Source: Thermodesulfobacteriota bacterium (GTDB taxonomy: Bacteria > Desulfobacterota_D > UBA1144 > Nemesobacterales > N074bin48). From it: DNA of 14,746 nt. The notes under the pieces were generated by a model that had not been told where the DNA came from, ran no database searches, and saw only the letters and a list, made by a program, of their open reading frames with translations. Positions 1-7,633 of this stretch are shown here, piece by piece. How positions within the stretch are numbered: position 1 is the stretch's first letter; each line of letters opens with the position of its first letter. The position numbers and the translations under genes were made by a program. The stretch spans positions 1-14,746 of the forward strand of contig JBFFSH010000065.1 in assembly GCA_041572575.1 (NCBI GenBank). The letters run 5' to 3'.

Positions 1-53
1 CAAAAAAACCACGAACTATGAACAAACTTTCACTCCAACTCACTGACAAAATG

Positions 54-191
54 TTAACAAATTCTAACTTTAAAACTGGACCTAAATTCTGGGGCTTGAC
101 AATACTTAGATGATTCAAGCAGTTCTTTTTCTTCTGGACTCAGATTAAATAGTGGTTTATCTAATCCTATCAATATTTTATATTTTGGCAT
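54..191 (-). CDS. Small hypothetical ORF (45 aa, MPKYKILIGLDKPLFNLSPEEKELLESSKYCQAPEFRSSFKVRIC); possibly a gene interrupted at 101 by an IS-like end
   Basis: Translated by hand: ATG at 191, TAA at 56-54, AGGT SD-like motif 7 nt upstream. It is below the ORF-track cutoff and has no recognisable domain. Confidence 0.3.
   Translation of the reverse strand: MPKYKILIGLDKPLFNLSPEEKELLESSKYCQAPEFRSSFKVRIC
62..101. mobile_element. Candidate IS3-family-like terminal inverted repeat (one end only)
   Basis: TTCTAACTTTAAAACTGGACCTAAATTCTGGGGCTTGACA ends in CA (5'-TG on the other strand) and resembles IS3/IS407-group ends by recall. It carries an outward perfect TTGACA at 96-101. The partner repeat and the transposase are not visible. 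Confidence 0.4.
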
Positions 192-330
192 ATTTATACC
201 TATAACTTTTATTAATATTAATTAATAATTTATTTTCTATTAAATATTATAAAGAGTTAATAATATTATATTCAATCATCTTGTTGCTTATTATTAAATT
301 AATTCCATGTCCAATTAACAATATGATAAT

Positions 331-579
331 TTAGTATAATCGATCTATTGGTATATATTCTCTGTAATCTAAGAGTTTGAAACTTAGCCAGAAAACTATA
401 ATTAATATAACTATATTTAATAATAATGCCTTCCACTTTGGTTCTTCAGGAGTTGTCTCCCCTCTAAATATCATAATTATTAGGTTGAAGAAACCGTATA
501 TAAAAAATAATCCTACAAGGAACAAAACAGCACCTAAAAAATGTACAATCTTTTCACCTATCGTATAACTTTCTTCCAT
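331..579 (-). CDS. Small hypothetical membrane protein (82 aa, two hydrophobic helices); island cargo
   Basis: Two hydrophobic stretches (FLGAVLFLVGLFFIYGFFNLIIMIF and ALLLNIVILIIVFWLSF). GGGGG SD at 586-590 and a candidate promoter upstream. Confidence 0.65.
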   Translation of the reverse strand: MEESYTIGEKIVHFLGAVLFLVGLFFIYGFFNLIIMIFRGETTPEEPKWKALLLNIVILIIVFWLSFKLLDYREYIPIDRLY

Positions 580-596
580 TATTGACCCCCAATATT

Positions 597-625
597 ATTT
601 TAAATTAATTCAAATATATATTCAA
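597..625 (-). promoter_or_regulatory. Candidate sigma70 promoter for the 82-aa membrane protein gene
   Basis: Minus strand TTGAAT (625-620), 17-nt spacer, TAAAAT (602-597). It overlaps a 10-bp direct repeat ATTCAAATAT at 608-617 and 620-629. The AT-rich background weakens the call. Confidence 0.4.
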
Positions 626-640
626 ATATGTAAATACTTC

Positions 641-1672
641 TCAGTTTAATTTTAATTTCTCTATGCTCCTAACTTTATGTTCTTCGGATATATGTGAATA
701 AATCATTGTAGTAGAAATTGAAGAATGACCCAAAAGTTCTTTTACAGTAACTAAATCAATTCCACTCATTACTAAATGAGATGCAAAAGTGTGCCTTAGA
801 CTATGTAAAGACGCCTTAACTCCAGCTTTCCTACATGCGACACCAAAGCTGTTCTTGATTGTCTTCAATTTGTTCCCATTAGAGTGACAAAAGAGATATT
901 CTCTTTGTTGAGGTTGCCTAAGGGTTACTTTTTGGTTCTTAAAATTTACATAATTTAATTTTAACCACCTGAGTATACGAAATAATTCTTCATTCATAGG
1001 TATAACTCTAAAGTTATTTGTTTTAGAACTTCGCACCATGATTTTCCTATTATCATAATCAATATCCTTAAATCGAAGGTTTAAAGTTTCACCGATCCTC
1101 ATACCTGTATTTAACATTACTATTACCATGGGTTTAAGCCACTCTGAGCAATTATCTAATATCTTATTTATTTCTATAGTATTGAGATATTTAACAGGCT
1201 CCTTAGGTAACCGAAGGAGTTTAAGCTTAGGTGTTTTGTCTATGTATTTCCACTCCAATGCCTTATTTAACATAAACCTAAGTAGTGACAACTCTTTATT
1301 TATAGTAGCTGGTTTTAAACCTAGAGATTTCCTATGAGATTTATAATTTTCTATAGAGATGGAATCAATTTTAGATAGTTCTATATCACCAAAGTATTTT
1401 TTTATTGTCTTAGTGATCTCCAATTCTATAGTATAAGTGGAGTGAGCTTTATTAGTCTTAGAATATACGAAGTATTTATTAAGGTATTGATAGAGTGTAG
1501 GTACTAAAGGTGAACTTAAGTTTAACCTGTCTTTACTATAGTCTAACTCAAGTTGCTTTAATATCTTCTTTGCCTCTTTCTTATCAACCCTGCCAATCTT
1601 AAGCCACTTTTTCTTACCTGCTTTACTGAAGACCCCATAATAACTACCACCCTTAAATGTTAAACTTGCCAT
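641..1672 (-). CDS. int: Tyrosine recombinase / phage-type integrase (343 aa from ATG 1672)
   Basis: Catalytic motifs TGMRIGE (R), SSKTN (K), HSLRH, LLGH and TTMIY (Y) are all intact. A basic N-terminal segment looks like an arm-binding domain, followed by a SAM-like core-binding region. AAGGGG SD precedes ATG 1672, which I prefer over TTG 1720. Confidence 0.95.
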   Translation of the reverse strand: MASLTFKGGSYYGVFSKAGKKKWLKIGRVDKKEAKKILKQLELDYSKDRLNLSSPLVPTLYQYLNKYFVYSKTNKAHSTYTIELEITKTIKKYFGDIELSKIDSISIENYKSHRKSLGLKPATINKELSLLRFMLNKALEWKYIDKTPKLKLLRLPKEPVKYLNTIEINKILDNCSEWLKPMVIVMLNTGMRIGETLNLRFKDIDYDNRKIMVRSSKTNNFRVIPMNEELFRILRWLKLNYVNFKNQKVTLRQPQQREYLFCHSNGNKLKTIKNSFGVACRKAGVKASLHSLRHTFASHLVMSGIDLVTVKELLGHSSISTTMIYSHISEEHKVRSIEKLKLN

Positions 1673-1723
1673 AATAATTACCCCTTGTTTTTGACTAGAG
1701 TAACCATTAACTAAGTTCAACTC

Positions 1724-1742
1724 GGTTAGAATATGGTTAGAA
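1724..1742. repeat. 8-bp direct repeat GGTTAGAA x2 with 11-bp period; candidate integrase arm-type sites
   Basis: GGTTAGAA at 1724-1731 and 1735-1742, between the int start and the tRNA 3' end. Confidence 0.45.
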
Positions 1743-1802
1743 AAAGAATTATGGCTTAAGTTAATAGATGGTGAAAAGTGTCGTAACCCACTGTAGTTAT
1801 TG

Positions 1803-1888
1803 TGGTGCCGAAGGGGGGATTCGAACCCCCACGCCCGTAAGGCACTACCCCCTCAAGATAGCGCGTCTGCCAGTTCCGCCACTTCGGC
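1803..1888 (-). tRNA. tRNA-Leu (anticodon GAG), 86 nt, CCA encoded
   Basis: Acceptor stem GCCGAAG/CTTCGGC; anticodon arm CTATC-TTGAGGG-GGTAG (GAG at 1854-1852); long variable arm; T arm GGGGG-TTCGAAT-CCCCC; A discriminator plus CCA. Confidence 0.98.
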
Positions 1889-1907
1889 ATGTTTAAAAAG
1901 GAAAATT

Positions 1908-1935
1908 AAGTTAGCATAGAAAGTTTAAAATTCAA
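1908..1935 (-). promoter_or_regulatory. Candidate sigma70 promoter of the tRNA gene
   Basis: Minus strand TTGAAT (1935-1930), 16-nt spacer, extended -10 TGc-TAACTT (1916-1908), about 20 nt upstream of the mature tRNA 5' end. Confidence 0.5.
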
Positions 1936-2018
1936 GACTTTTAAGTAACACCCAATATGAAATTTAAACCTCATTCTGGATAAACTTCAACACTTCATAA
2001 GATAGTGCTGTAAACAAA

Positions 2019-3239
2019 TCATGCCCCATATTTCTTAAGCCTTCCCGCATGAGCCATCATTAGAGGCATAAGCTCAGTTGATTTTACGATCCCAAGCTCC
2101 CCTGCCCTGCAGCCATTTTCTGAAAAACCGTCTTTATTATTACCAAAGCAGAAGTTAGAACTTAGCAGTACCGGTACCGGATGCCAGCTATGTGCTTTCA
2201 TTGCAGCAGGGGTAGAATGGTCACCAGTTATAAGCAGGACATCTGGTTTTAGGTCAAGTATCCTTGGAAGTTGTGAATCAAACTCTTCTATAACACCTGC
2301 CTTAGCCTCAAAGTTACCGTCTTCACCATAACTGTCGGTCTTTTTAATATGCATATAAAAAAAATCTTTTTTACTAAAATCCCTTACAAGTGCATCAACC
2401 TCGCTTTCCACAGTTACCCCTTCAACATGAAGAACCTCCATTCCGACAAGCTTGGATACCCCTTTATACATAGGATAGGCGGCGATGCAGCCTGCATCAA
2501 GTCCATATCTATGCTCATAACTTTGAAGTTTAGGAAATATAGATATGCCCCTGAGGAGGATATAATTTGCTTTTTCTTCATCTTTTATAACATCTACAAT
2601 ATTGCTTATTATCTTCTCAAGCTCTTTTGCTACTTTCTGAGCCGTTACGTTTTTACCTTTTGGAATGATCGGAGATTTACCAACCTCCTGCGGGTCGGTA
2701 TCCGGTATTTGGTCTGAGCCTTCAGGCAGTGAGAGCGGAAAAGAAAGAATAAGCGCAAACCGGTGTTCTAGACCTGAGGTTATCGTTACCTTTATATCAT
2801 TGATCTCATCAATTTTTGATCTGATCTTTTCAGTTATTCTTTTGTTCTCTTCAGTAGCAATCCTGCCGGCTCTTCTGTCTGTAACCACTGGTTTTCCGTC
2901 TTTATACTCAACGGTTGCGAAGTTACCCCTTATCGCAAGGTCATGAGAGTCCATATTAAGACCAAGCCCAAGCACCTCAAGAACCCCCCTCCCTATATCA
3001 TATTTAAGCGGATCATAACCAAAAAGCCCAAGGTGAGCCGCACCGCTTCCTGGAGTAACACCCGTTGCTACTGGTACCTGAAGACCAAGAGCAGAGTGTT
3101 CTGAAAGAGCGTCAAGATTTGGAGTGTTTGCAAATTGCAGTTCAGATTTTCCATTTACCGGAAGGCCTCCTAGACCGTCCAGAACGCACAAAACAATTTT
3201 AGTGTCGTTTTTCTGCTTTAGGCTTGTAATGATCTCCAT
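2019..3239 (-). CDS. apgM: 2,3-bisphosphoglycerate-independent phosphoglycerate mutase, archaeal-type (ApgM)
   Basis: Motifs VLDGLGG, TPGSGAAHLGLFGYDP, RGNFAT, DRRAGRI, HIKKTDSYGEDG, TGDHSTP, HSWHPVP and the C-terminal KKYGA. AGGGGAG SD. Confidence 0.93.
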   Translation of the reverse strand: MEIITSLKQKNDTKIVLCVLDGLGGLPVNGKSELQFANTPNLDALSEHSALGLQVPVATGVTPGSGAAHLGLFGYDPLKYDIGRGVLEVLGLGLNMDSHDLAIRGNFATVEYKDGKPVVTDRRAGRIATEENKRITEKIRSKIDEINDIKVTITSGLEHRFALILSFPLSLPEGSDQIPDTDPQEVGKSPIIPKGKNVTAQKVAKELEKIISNIVDVIKDEEKANYILLRGISIFPKLQSYEHRYGLDAGCIAAYPMYKGVSKLVGMEVLHVEGVTVESEVDALVRDFSKKDFFYMHIKKTDSYGEDGNFEAKAGVIEEFDSQLPRILDLKPDVLLITGDHSTPAAMKAHSWHPVPVLLSSNFCFGNNKDGFSENGCRAGELGIVKSTELMPLMMAHAGRLKKYGA

Positions 3240-3272
3240 TAATTAATTCTCCCCTACTCTTATAATTATACA

Positions 3273-4043
3273 TCAATTTGGATCATCAAGTGTAAATTCC
3301 ATCCCATCGTATGCGGGCATTATATTGCTCGGCAGACGAGATTTCAAGTCCTTGTAGTCAAGCTCATGGCCCATATGTGTAAATACTGCTTTTTTGGGTT
3401 TAATTTTCTCTACTTGCTCTATGGCCTGATCAACACTGAAGTGTGCTGCATGAGGGGTTGGCCTTAGAGCATCAATAATTAACACATCGAGATTTTGCAG
3501 CTTTTCATATGAATAATCAGGAATGCCGCTGCAGTCTGTAAGATAGGCGATATTTCCAATCCTGTATCCAAGTATAATCCAGTCAGCATGGTTTATATCT
3601 ATGGGAGTTATAGTAACACCCTCTACCTTAAAATCTCCGCCCACCTCGTTTAAAATAAGCTTTGGCTTTCCGCCAGCAGAATAAATACCGTCAAAAATAT
3701 ATGCAAAATTATTCTTGAGATTGTTAACTGTGAGTGCGTTTCCATAACATGGAATTGTCATTTTGTTTATAAAATTATAGGTCCTCAGATCGTCTATTCC
3801 ATGTGTGTGATCAGCATGAGAGTGGGTGTACAAAACAGCATGAATTAGCGTAATATCATGCCTTAGGGCCTGAAACCGCAGATCGGGTGAAGTGTCTATT
3901 AGTAAATTAGTATTATTTACTTGAATAAATACCGAACATCGGGTTCTTTTATTTTTAGGATTGTCAGACAAGCAAACATTACAACTACAACCTACTATTG
4001 GTACTCCCGTTGAAGTTGCGCAACCTAGGATAATTACTTTCAT
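3273..4043 (-). CDS. MBL-fold metallo-hydrolase, PhnP-like phosphodiesterase family
   Basis: N-terminal LGCATSTGVP-x3-CxCxxC, THSHADH (HxHxDH), YLTD, HF and THMGH motifs, and a C-terminal AYDG. Confidence 0.9.
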   Translation of the reverse strand: MKVIILGCATSTGVPIVGCSCNVCLSDNPKNKRTRCSVFIQVNNTNLLIDTSPDLRFQALRHDITLIHAVLYTHSHADHTHGIDDLRTYNFINKMTIPCYGNALTVNNLKNNFAYIFDGIYSAGGKPKLILNEVGGDFKVEGVTITPIDINHADWIILGYRIGNIAYLTDCSGIPDYSYEKLQNLDVLIIDALRPTPHAAHFSVDQAIEQVEKIKPKKAVFTHMGHELDYKDLKSRLPSNIMPAYDGMEFTLDDPN

Positions 4044-4163
4044 TAAACAAAATTTAGCATTAAAATATAATTTTTAAAATAATTAGTAACACTTTTTAAT
4101 TTTAATAGTTTTTAAATAAAGTCTTTTCTTTTAGTAAAAAAGTATTTATAATAATAATTTAAA
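4044..4163. promoter_or_regulatory. AT-rich divergent promoter region
   Basis: 120-nt gap between divergent genes. Minus strand extended -10 TGc-TAAATT at 4059-4051; plus strand TATAAT at 4066-4071 and 4147-4152. Confidence 0.5.
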
Positions 4164-5888
4164 GTGGTTAGGCAATATACTTTAATTAAATTATTAATTA
4201 TTTTCACCCTTTTGGCTTTATCTGCCCAGAGTAGAGCTGCAGATAAATCAGAAGAGCTGTTTGATAACGCCAATAGCTTATATAAGACCATTTTAAAAGA
4301 TACTTCCAAAGCTCAAAATGTAGAAATTTGGCAAAAACTTGCCGATGCTTTTTATGGCATTTTCAAATCATATAACAATAGCCAAAAAGCCCCTACTGCG
4401 CTTTTTATTTCAGGAAAGCTCTACGAAAAGATGGGATATAATTTCAATTCAAAGGATTATCTTAAAAAATCCATAGATGTTTCAAGAGAGCTTACTATAT
4501 TTTACCCAAAAAGTAACTACGCAGATGACGCACAGATAAGGATTGCCAGGATTACTGAGGGTTGGGACAAAACTCAGGCTTTTATTGAGTATGACAAAGT
4601 GCTCAATGAGTTTGCGGGCGGCGATATGGTTTATGCCGCTACAAAGAAAGTAAAACAACTCGACAAGTACAAGCCAAAGGGCTATTCGTATTTAAAAAAT
4701 AAGAGAAATACAACAATTGTAAGCCAGAGTGAAATTAAAAACACCAAGGGCCTTTCAAAAGTAACTAATATCAGAAATTTCTCACTTAGAGATTACACCA
4801 GAGTTGTCATAGATATGGAAGGTCAAAAACGATATAAATCTCACCTATTAAAACCAGACCCAAAACATGGCAAACCACCAAGGCTTTTTGTTGATATTGA
4901 CGGAACCTATATTGATCCTAATCTAAAGATTCCATCACTCGAAGCCGGCCTTTTGGAACAAATCAGGTTTGGAAGAAATACGGACAATAAAGTAAGGGTA
5001 GTACTGGATATAAATAGCTTTGAAAAATATAATGTATTTCACCTCCAAAATCCTTTCAGGATAGTGATGGATATATATGGTGATAAGAAAAGCTCACCAA
5101 CTACTGCAATAGCTCATTCACATACACAATCGGATATTAAATCTAACTCTAATCGAAATACTGAAAGCCTGGCTGGTATTCTTGGCTTAAAAATAAGAAG
5201 AGTGGTAATAGACCCTGGCCATGGTGGGCATGATCCAGGCGCAATCGGTCCTTCTGGTTTAAAAGAAAAGGATGTTAACCTAAAAATTGCAAAAGCTCTT
5301 AAAGCCAAACTACAAAAAGACGGCAAGAAATATGGAATAGAGCATGTATCATTAACAAGAGATAATGATAAATTCATAAGACTTGAAGACAGAACAACCA
5401 TTGCTCAGAAAAAAGACGCCGATCTTTTTATATCTATTCACTGCAATGCAGCAAAAAGCAAGAATGCCTATGGTATCGAAACATATATACTCAGTCTCAC
5501 AAAAGACAAACGAGCTCTTGAAGTTGCAGCAAGAGAAAATGCTCTTTCAACTCAGGATATAAGCGATATGGAAAACATCATCAAAAAGATTGTGAACAAT
5601 GCCAAAATAGACGAATCAAAAGAACTTGCATCACATGTGCAAAACTCAATAATTACAAAAGTGACCAAGAAATACAGCAATGTGAAAAACAAGGGAGTAA
5701 AAAAAGCTCCATTCATGGTTCTAATTGGCGCTGATGTACCAAGCATACTTGTTGAATCTTCTTTTATTACCAATCCGAGAGAAGAAAAGAGGCTTAAAAA
5801 TAATAACTATATAGACAAAATTGCTGACGGCATATTTGCTGGTGTGGTAGAATATTCTAAAGGAATGCAAACAGCATATGCCAAATAG
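4164..5888 (+). CDS. N-acetylmuramoyl-L-alanine amidase (signal peptide, TPR-like helical region, AMIN domain, Amidase_3), AmiC-like
   Basis: Signal peptide ending SRA-A; TPR-like YPKSNYADDAQIRIA; AMIN-like YTRVVID, PPRLFVDI, VRVVLDI and PFRIVMDI; zinc-amidase motifs IDPGHGGHDPGA, EKDVNL, SIHCNA and LVESSFI. GTG start is uncertain. Confidence 0.93.
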   Translation: MVRQYTLIKLLIIFTLLALSAQSRAADKSEELFDNANSLYKTILKDTSKAQNVEIWQKLADAFYGIFKSYNNSQKAPTALFISGKLYEKMGYNFNSKDYLKKSIDVSRELTIFYPKSNYADDAQIRIARITEGWDKTQAFIEYDKVLNEFAGGDMVYAATKKVKQLDKYKPKGYSYLKNKRNTTIVSQSEIKNTKGLSKVTNIRNFSLRDYTRVVIDMEGQKRYKSHLLKPDPKHGKPPRLFVDIDGTYIDPNLKIPSLEAGLLEQIRFGRNTDNKVRVVLDINSFEKYNVFHLQNPFRIVMDIYGDKKSSPTTAIAHSHTQSDIKSNSNRNTESLAGILGLKIRRVVIDPGHGGHDPGAIGPSGLKEKDVNLKIAKALKAKLQKDGKKYGIEHVSLTRDNDKFIRLEDRTTIAQKKDADLFISIHCNAAKSKNAYGIETYILSLTKDKRALEVAARENALSTQDISDMENIIKKIVNNAKIDESKELASHVQNSIITKVTKKYSNVKNKGVKKAPFMVLIGADVPSILVESSFITNPREEKRLKNNNYIDKIADGIFAGVVEYSKGMQTAYAK

Positions 5889-7616
5889 ATGTCAAAGAAC
5901 GCAGATATAGCAAACATATTCAGCCGTATTGCATCATCGCTGCAGATACTGGATGAAAACCGTTTTAAGATTCGTGCCTACCAGAATGCTTCGAGAAACA
6001 TATCAGAGCTTTCAGAAGATTTAGAAAAGCTCGCTAAATCAGGTTCACTTTCTTCGATACCGGGAGTGGGAAAAGACCTGGCTCTAAAAATTGAAGAATA
6101 CCTGTCTACAGGAAAGATTGAGTATTATGAAAAAATTCAAAAGGAAGTCCCCTCCTCTCTTGTAGACCTTCTTAGAATCCAGAGTATGGGTCCAAAGACA
6201 CTTTCACTTCTGTATAAAGAGTTTGGTGTTAAAAACCTTACTGATCTTGAGAAAGTTCTTAAAACCGAGGAGCTTGAAAAGATTAAGGGGATGGGCAAAA
6301 AAAAGATCGAGGATTTACACAAGGGAATTGAGCTTATGAAAAAAGGCCTGGAAAGGCTAAATATAGGCATTGCCTTTCCAATTGCCCAATCCATAGTGAA
6401 CTTGATCGAGAACATTCAAGGAACAAAAAAGACCACATTTGCGGGTTCACTCAGAAGAATGAAGGAAACAATTGGTGATATAGATATACTTACAAGCACA
6501 GAGGACGGAGAAAAAGTTATAGATGAATTTGTAAAGCTTCCTTTTGTGACCGAAGTTCTTGCATCGGGGGATACCAAAGGCAGTGTAATCATAGAAAACG
6601 ATGTACAGGTAGACCTGAGAGTAGTTGGAGAAGACTCTTACGGAGCAGCTCTGCTGTATTTTACAGGCTCTAAGGAACATAATGTAAAGCTTAGAACAAT
6701 GGCTGTGAAAAGAGGGCTGAGTATTAATGAATATGGGATTTACGAGGGTGATAAAAAACTTGCTGGACGTACTGAAAAAGAATTATATGAAGTTCTAGGG
6801 CTTCCCCTGTTTCCACCCGAAATCAGGGAGGACAGAGGTGAGTTTGATGCTGCGGCAAGCAAATCTTTACCAAATCTTATAAGTTTTCAGGATATAAGAG
6901 GAGATATACATTGCCATTCCAACTGGAGTGATGGGAAGAGTACCATTGAGGAGATGGCACGAGCTGCAAAAAAAATGGGTTATGAATATATTGCCATTAC
7001 AGATCATTCCCCTGCTTCACGAATTGCTAATGGGCTGGATATAAAAAGGCTTAAACAAAAATTTAAAGAGATAGAAGAAGTAAGAAAAAAAGTAAAAGAC
7101 ATAAAAATACTTTCAGGAACAGAGGTTGATATACTAAGCGACGGTTCACTTGATTATCCCGATAAAATACTAAAAGACCTGGATGTGGTTGTAGCATCTG
7201 TTCACAGCGGCTTTAAGATGGAAAAGAGTGCAATGACAAAAAGAATTATAAGAGCTATAAAAAACCCCTATGTACATATTCTGGGCCATCCTACAGGAAG
7301 ACTTATTAATGAGAGAGAACCCTATAATGTAGACTTAGAAGAAGTATTCAAAATCACTAAACAATATGGCAAAGCAGTTGAGCTTAATGCATCATACATG
7401 AGGCTTGATCTAAACGATATACACAGCAGAAGAGCTAAAGACCTAGGTATTCCAATTAGTATAAACACAGATGCCCATCATACTGACCAGCTTCAGTTTA
7501 TGTTATACGGCATAGGTACTGCCAGACGCGGATGGGTTGAGAAAAATGATGTTATAAACTGCATGAGTTACAGCAAACTAACAAAGTGGCTCAAACAGGT
7601 ACGGGATCATACTTAG
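5889..7616 (+). CDS. polX: DNA polymerase X with C-terminal PHP exonuclease domain
   Basis: HhH motifs IPGVG and IKGMG; GSLRRMKETIGDIDIL (DxD) and VDLRVV (third Asp); YFTGSKEHN; PHP motifs HCHS, TDHS, GTEVDI, GHPTGR and NTDAH. The ATG directly follows the amidase TAG. Confidence 0.96.
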   Translation: MSKNADIANIFSRIASSLQILDENRFKIRAYQNASRNISELSEDLEKLAKSGSLSSIPGVGKDLALKIEEYLSTGKIEYYEKIQKEVPSSLVDLLRIQSMGPKTLSLLYKEFGVKNLTDLEKVLKTEELEKIKGMGKKKIEDLHKGIELMKKGLERLNIGIAFPIAQSIVNLIENIQGTKKTTFAGSLRRMKETIGDIDILTSTEDGEKVIDEFVKLPFVTEVLASGDTKGSVIIENDVQVDLRVVGEDSYGAALLYFTGSKEHNVKLRTMAVKRGLSINEYGIYEGDKKLAGRTEKELYEVLGLPLFPPEIREDRGEFDAAASKSLPNLISFQDIRGDIHCHSNWSDGKSTIEEMARAAKKMGYEYIAITDHSPASRIANGLDIKRLKQKFKEIEEVRKKVKDIKILSGTEVDILSDGSLDYPDKILKDLDVVVASVHSGFKMEKSAMTKRIIRAIKNPYVHILGHPTGRLINEREPYNVDLEEVFKITKQYGKAVELNASYMRLDLNDIHSRRAKDLGIPISINTDAHHTDQLQFMLYGIGTARRGWVEKNDVINCMSYSKLTKWLKQVRDHT

Positions 7617-7633
7617 TTAACAAGGACTTTTAT

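Larger units (their letters stand above)
1..1802. mobile_element. Right end of an integrative element (genomic island or prophage-like) inserted at the 3' end of tRNA-Leu; continues beyond the left edge
   Basis: An intact tyrosine integrase starts 130 nt downstream of the tRNA CCA end and reads away from it. The cargo is small AT-rich ORFs, and candidate arm-type direct repeats lie between int and the tRNA. I saw no second copy of the tRNA 3' end (other att site) in the window. Confidence 0.7.

Noticed and set aside
96..124. Complete plus-strand promoter starting at the perfect TTGACA
   Set aside because: No -10-like hexamer at 16-18 nt spacing (GCAGTT at 119-124).
641..1672. Integrase as XerC/XerD or an integron integrase
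   Set aside because: It has an extra arm-binding-like N-terminus and sits next to a tRNA. I saw no IntI-specific insertion motif and no attC-like hairpins around the small ORFs.
1673..1720. TTG start at 1720 for the integrase
   Set aside because: ATG 1672 has a well-spaced AAGGGG SD and begins a typical MAS- integrase N-terminus.
6297..6975. A8 homopolymers in polX (6297-6304, 6968-6975) as phase-variation or frameshift sites
   Set aside because: They encode ordinary Lys runs in an AT-rich genome and the frame is intact.
7586..7633. Upstream GTG start of ligA overlapping polX
   Set aside because: ATG 7634 has an AAGGA SD, avoids the overlap and gives a typical LigA N-terminus.
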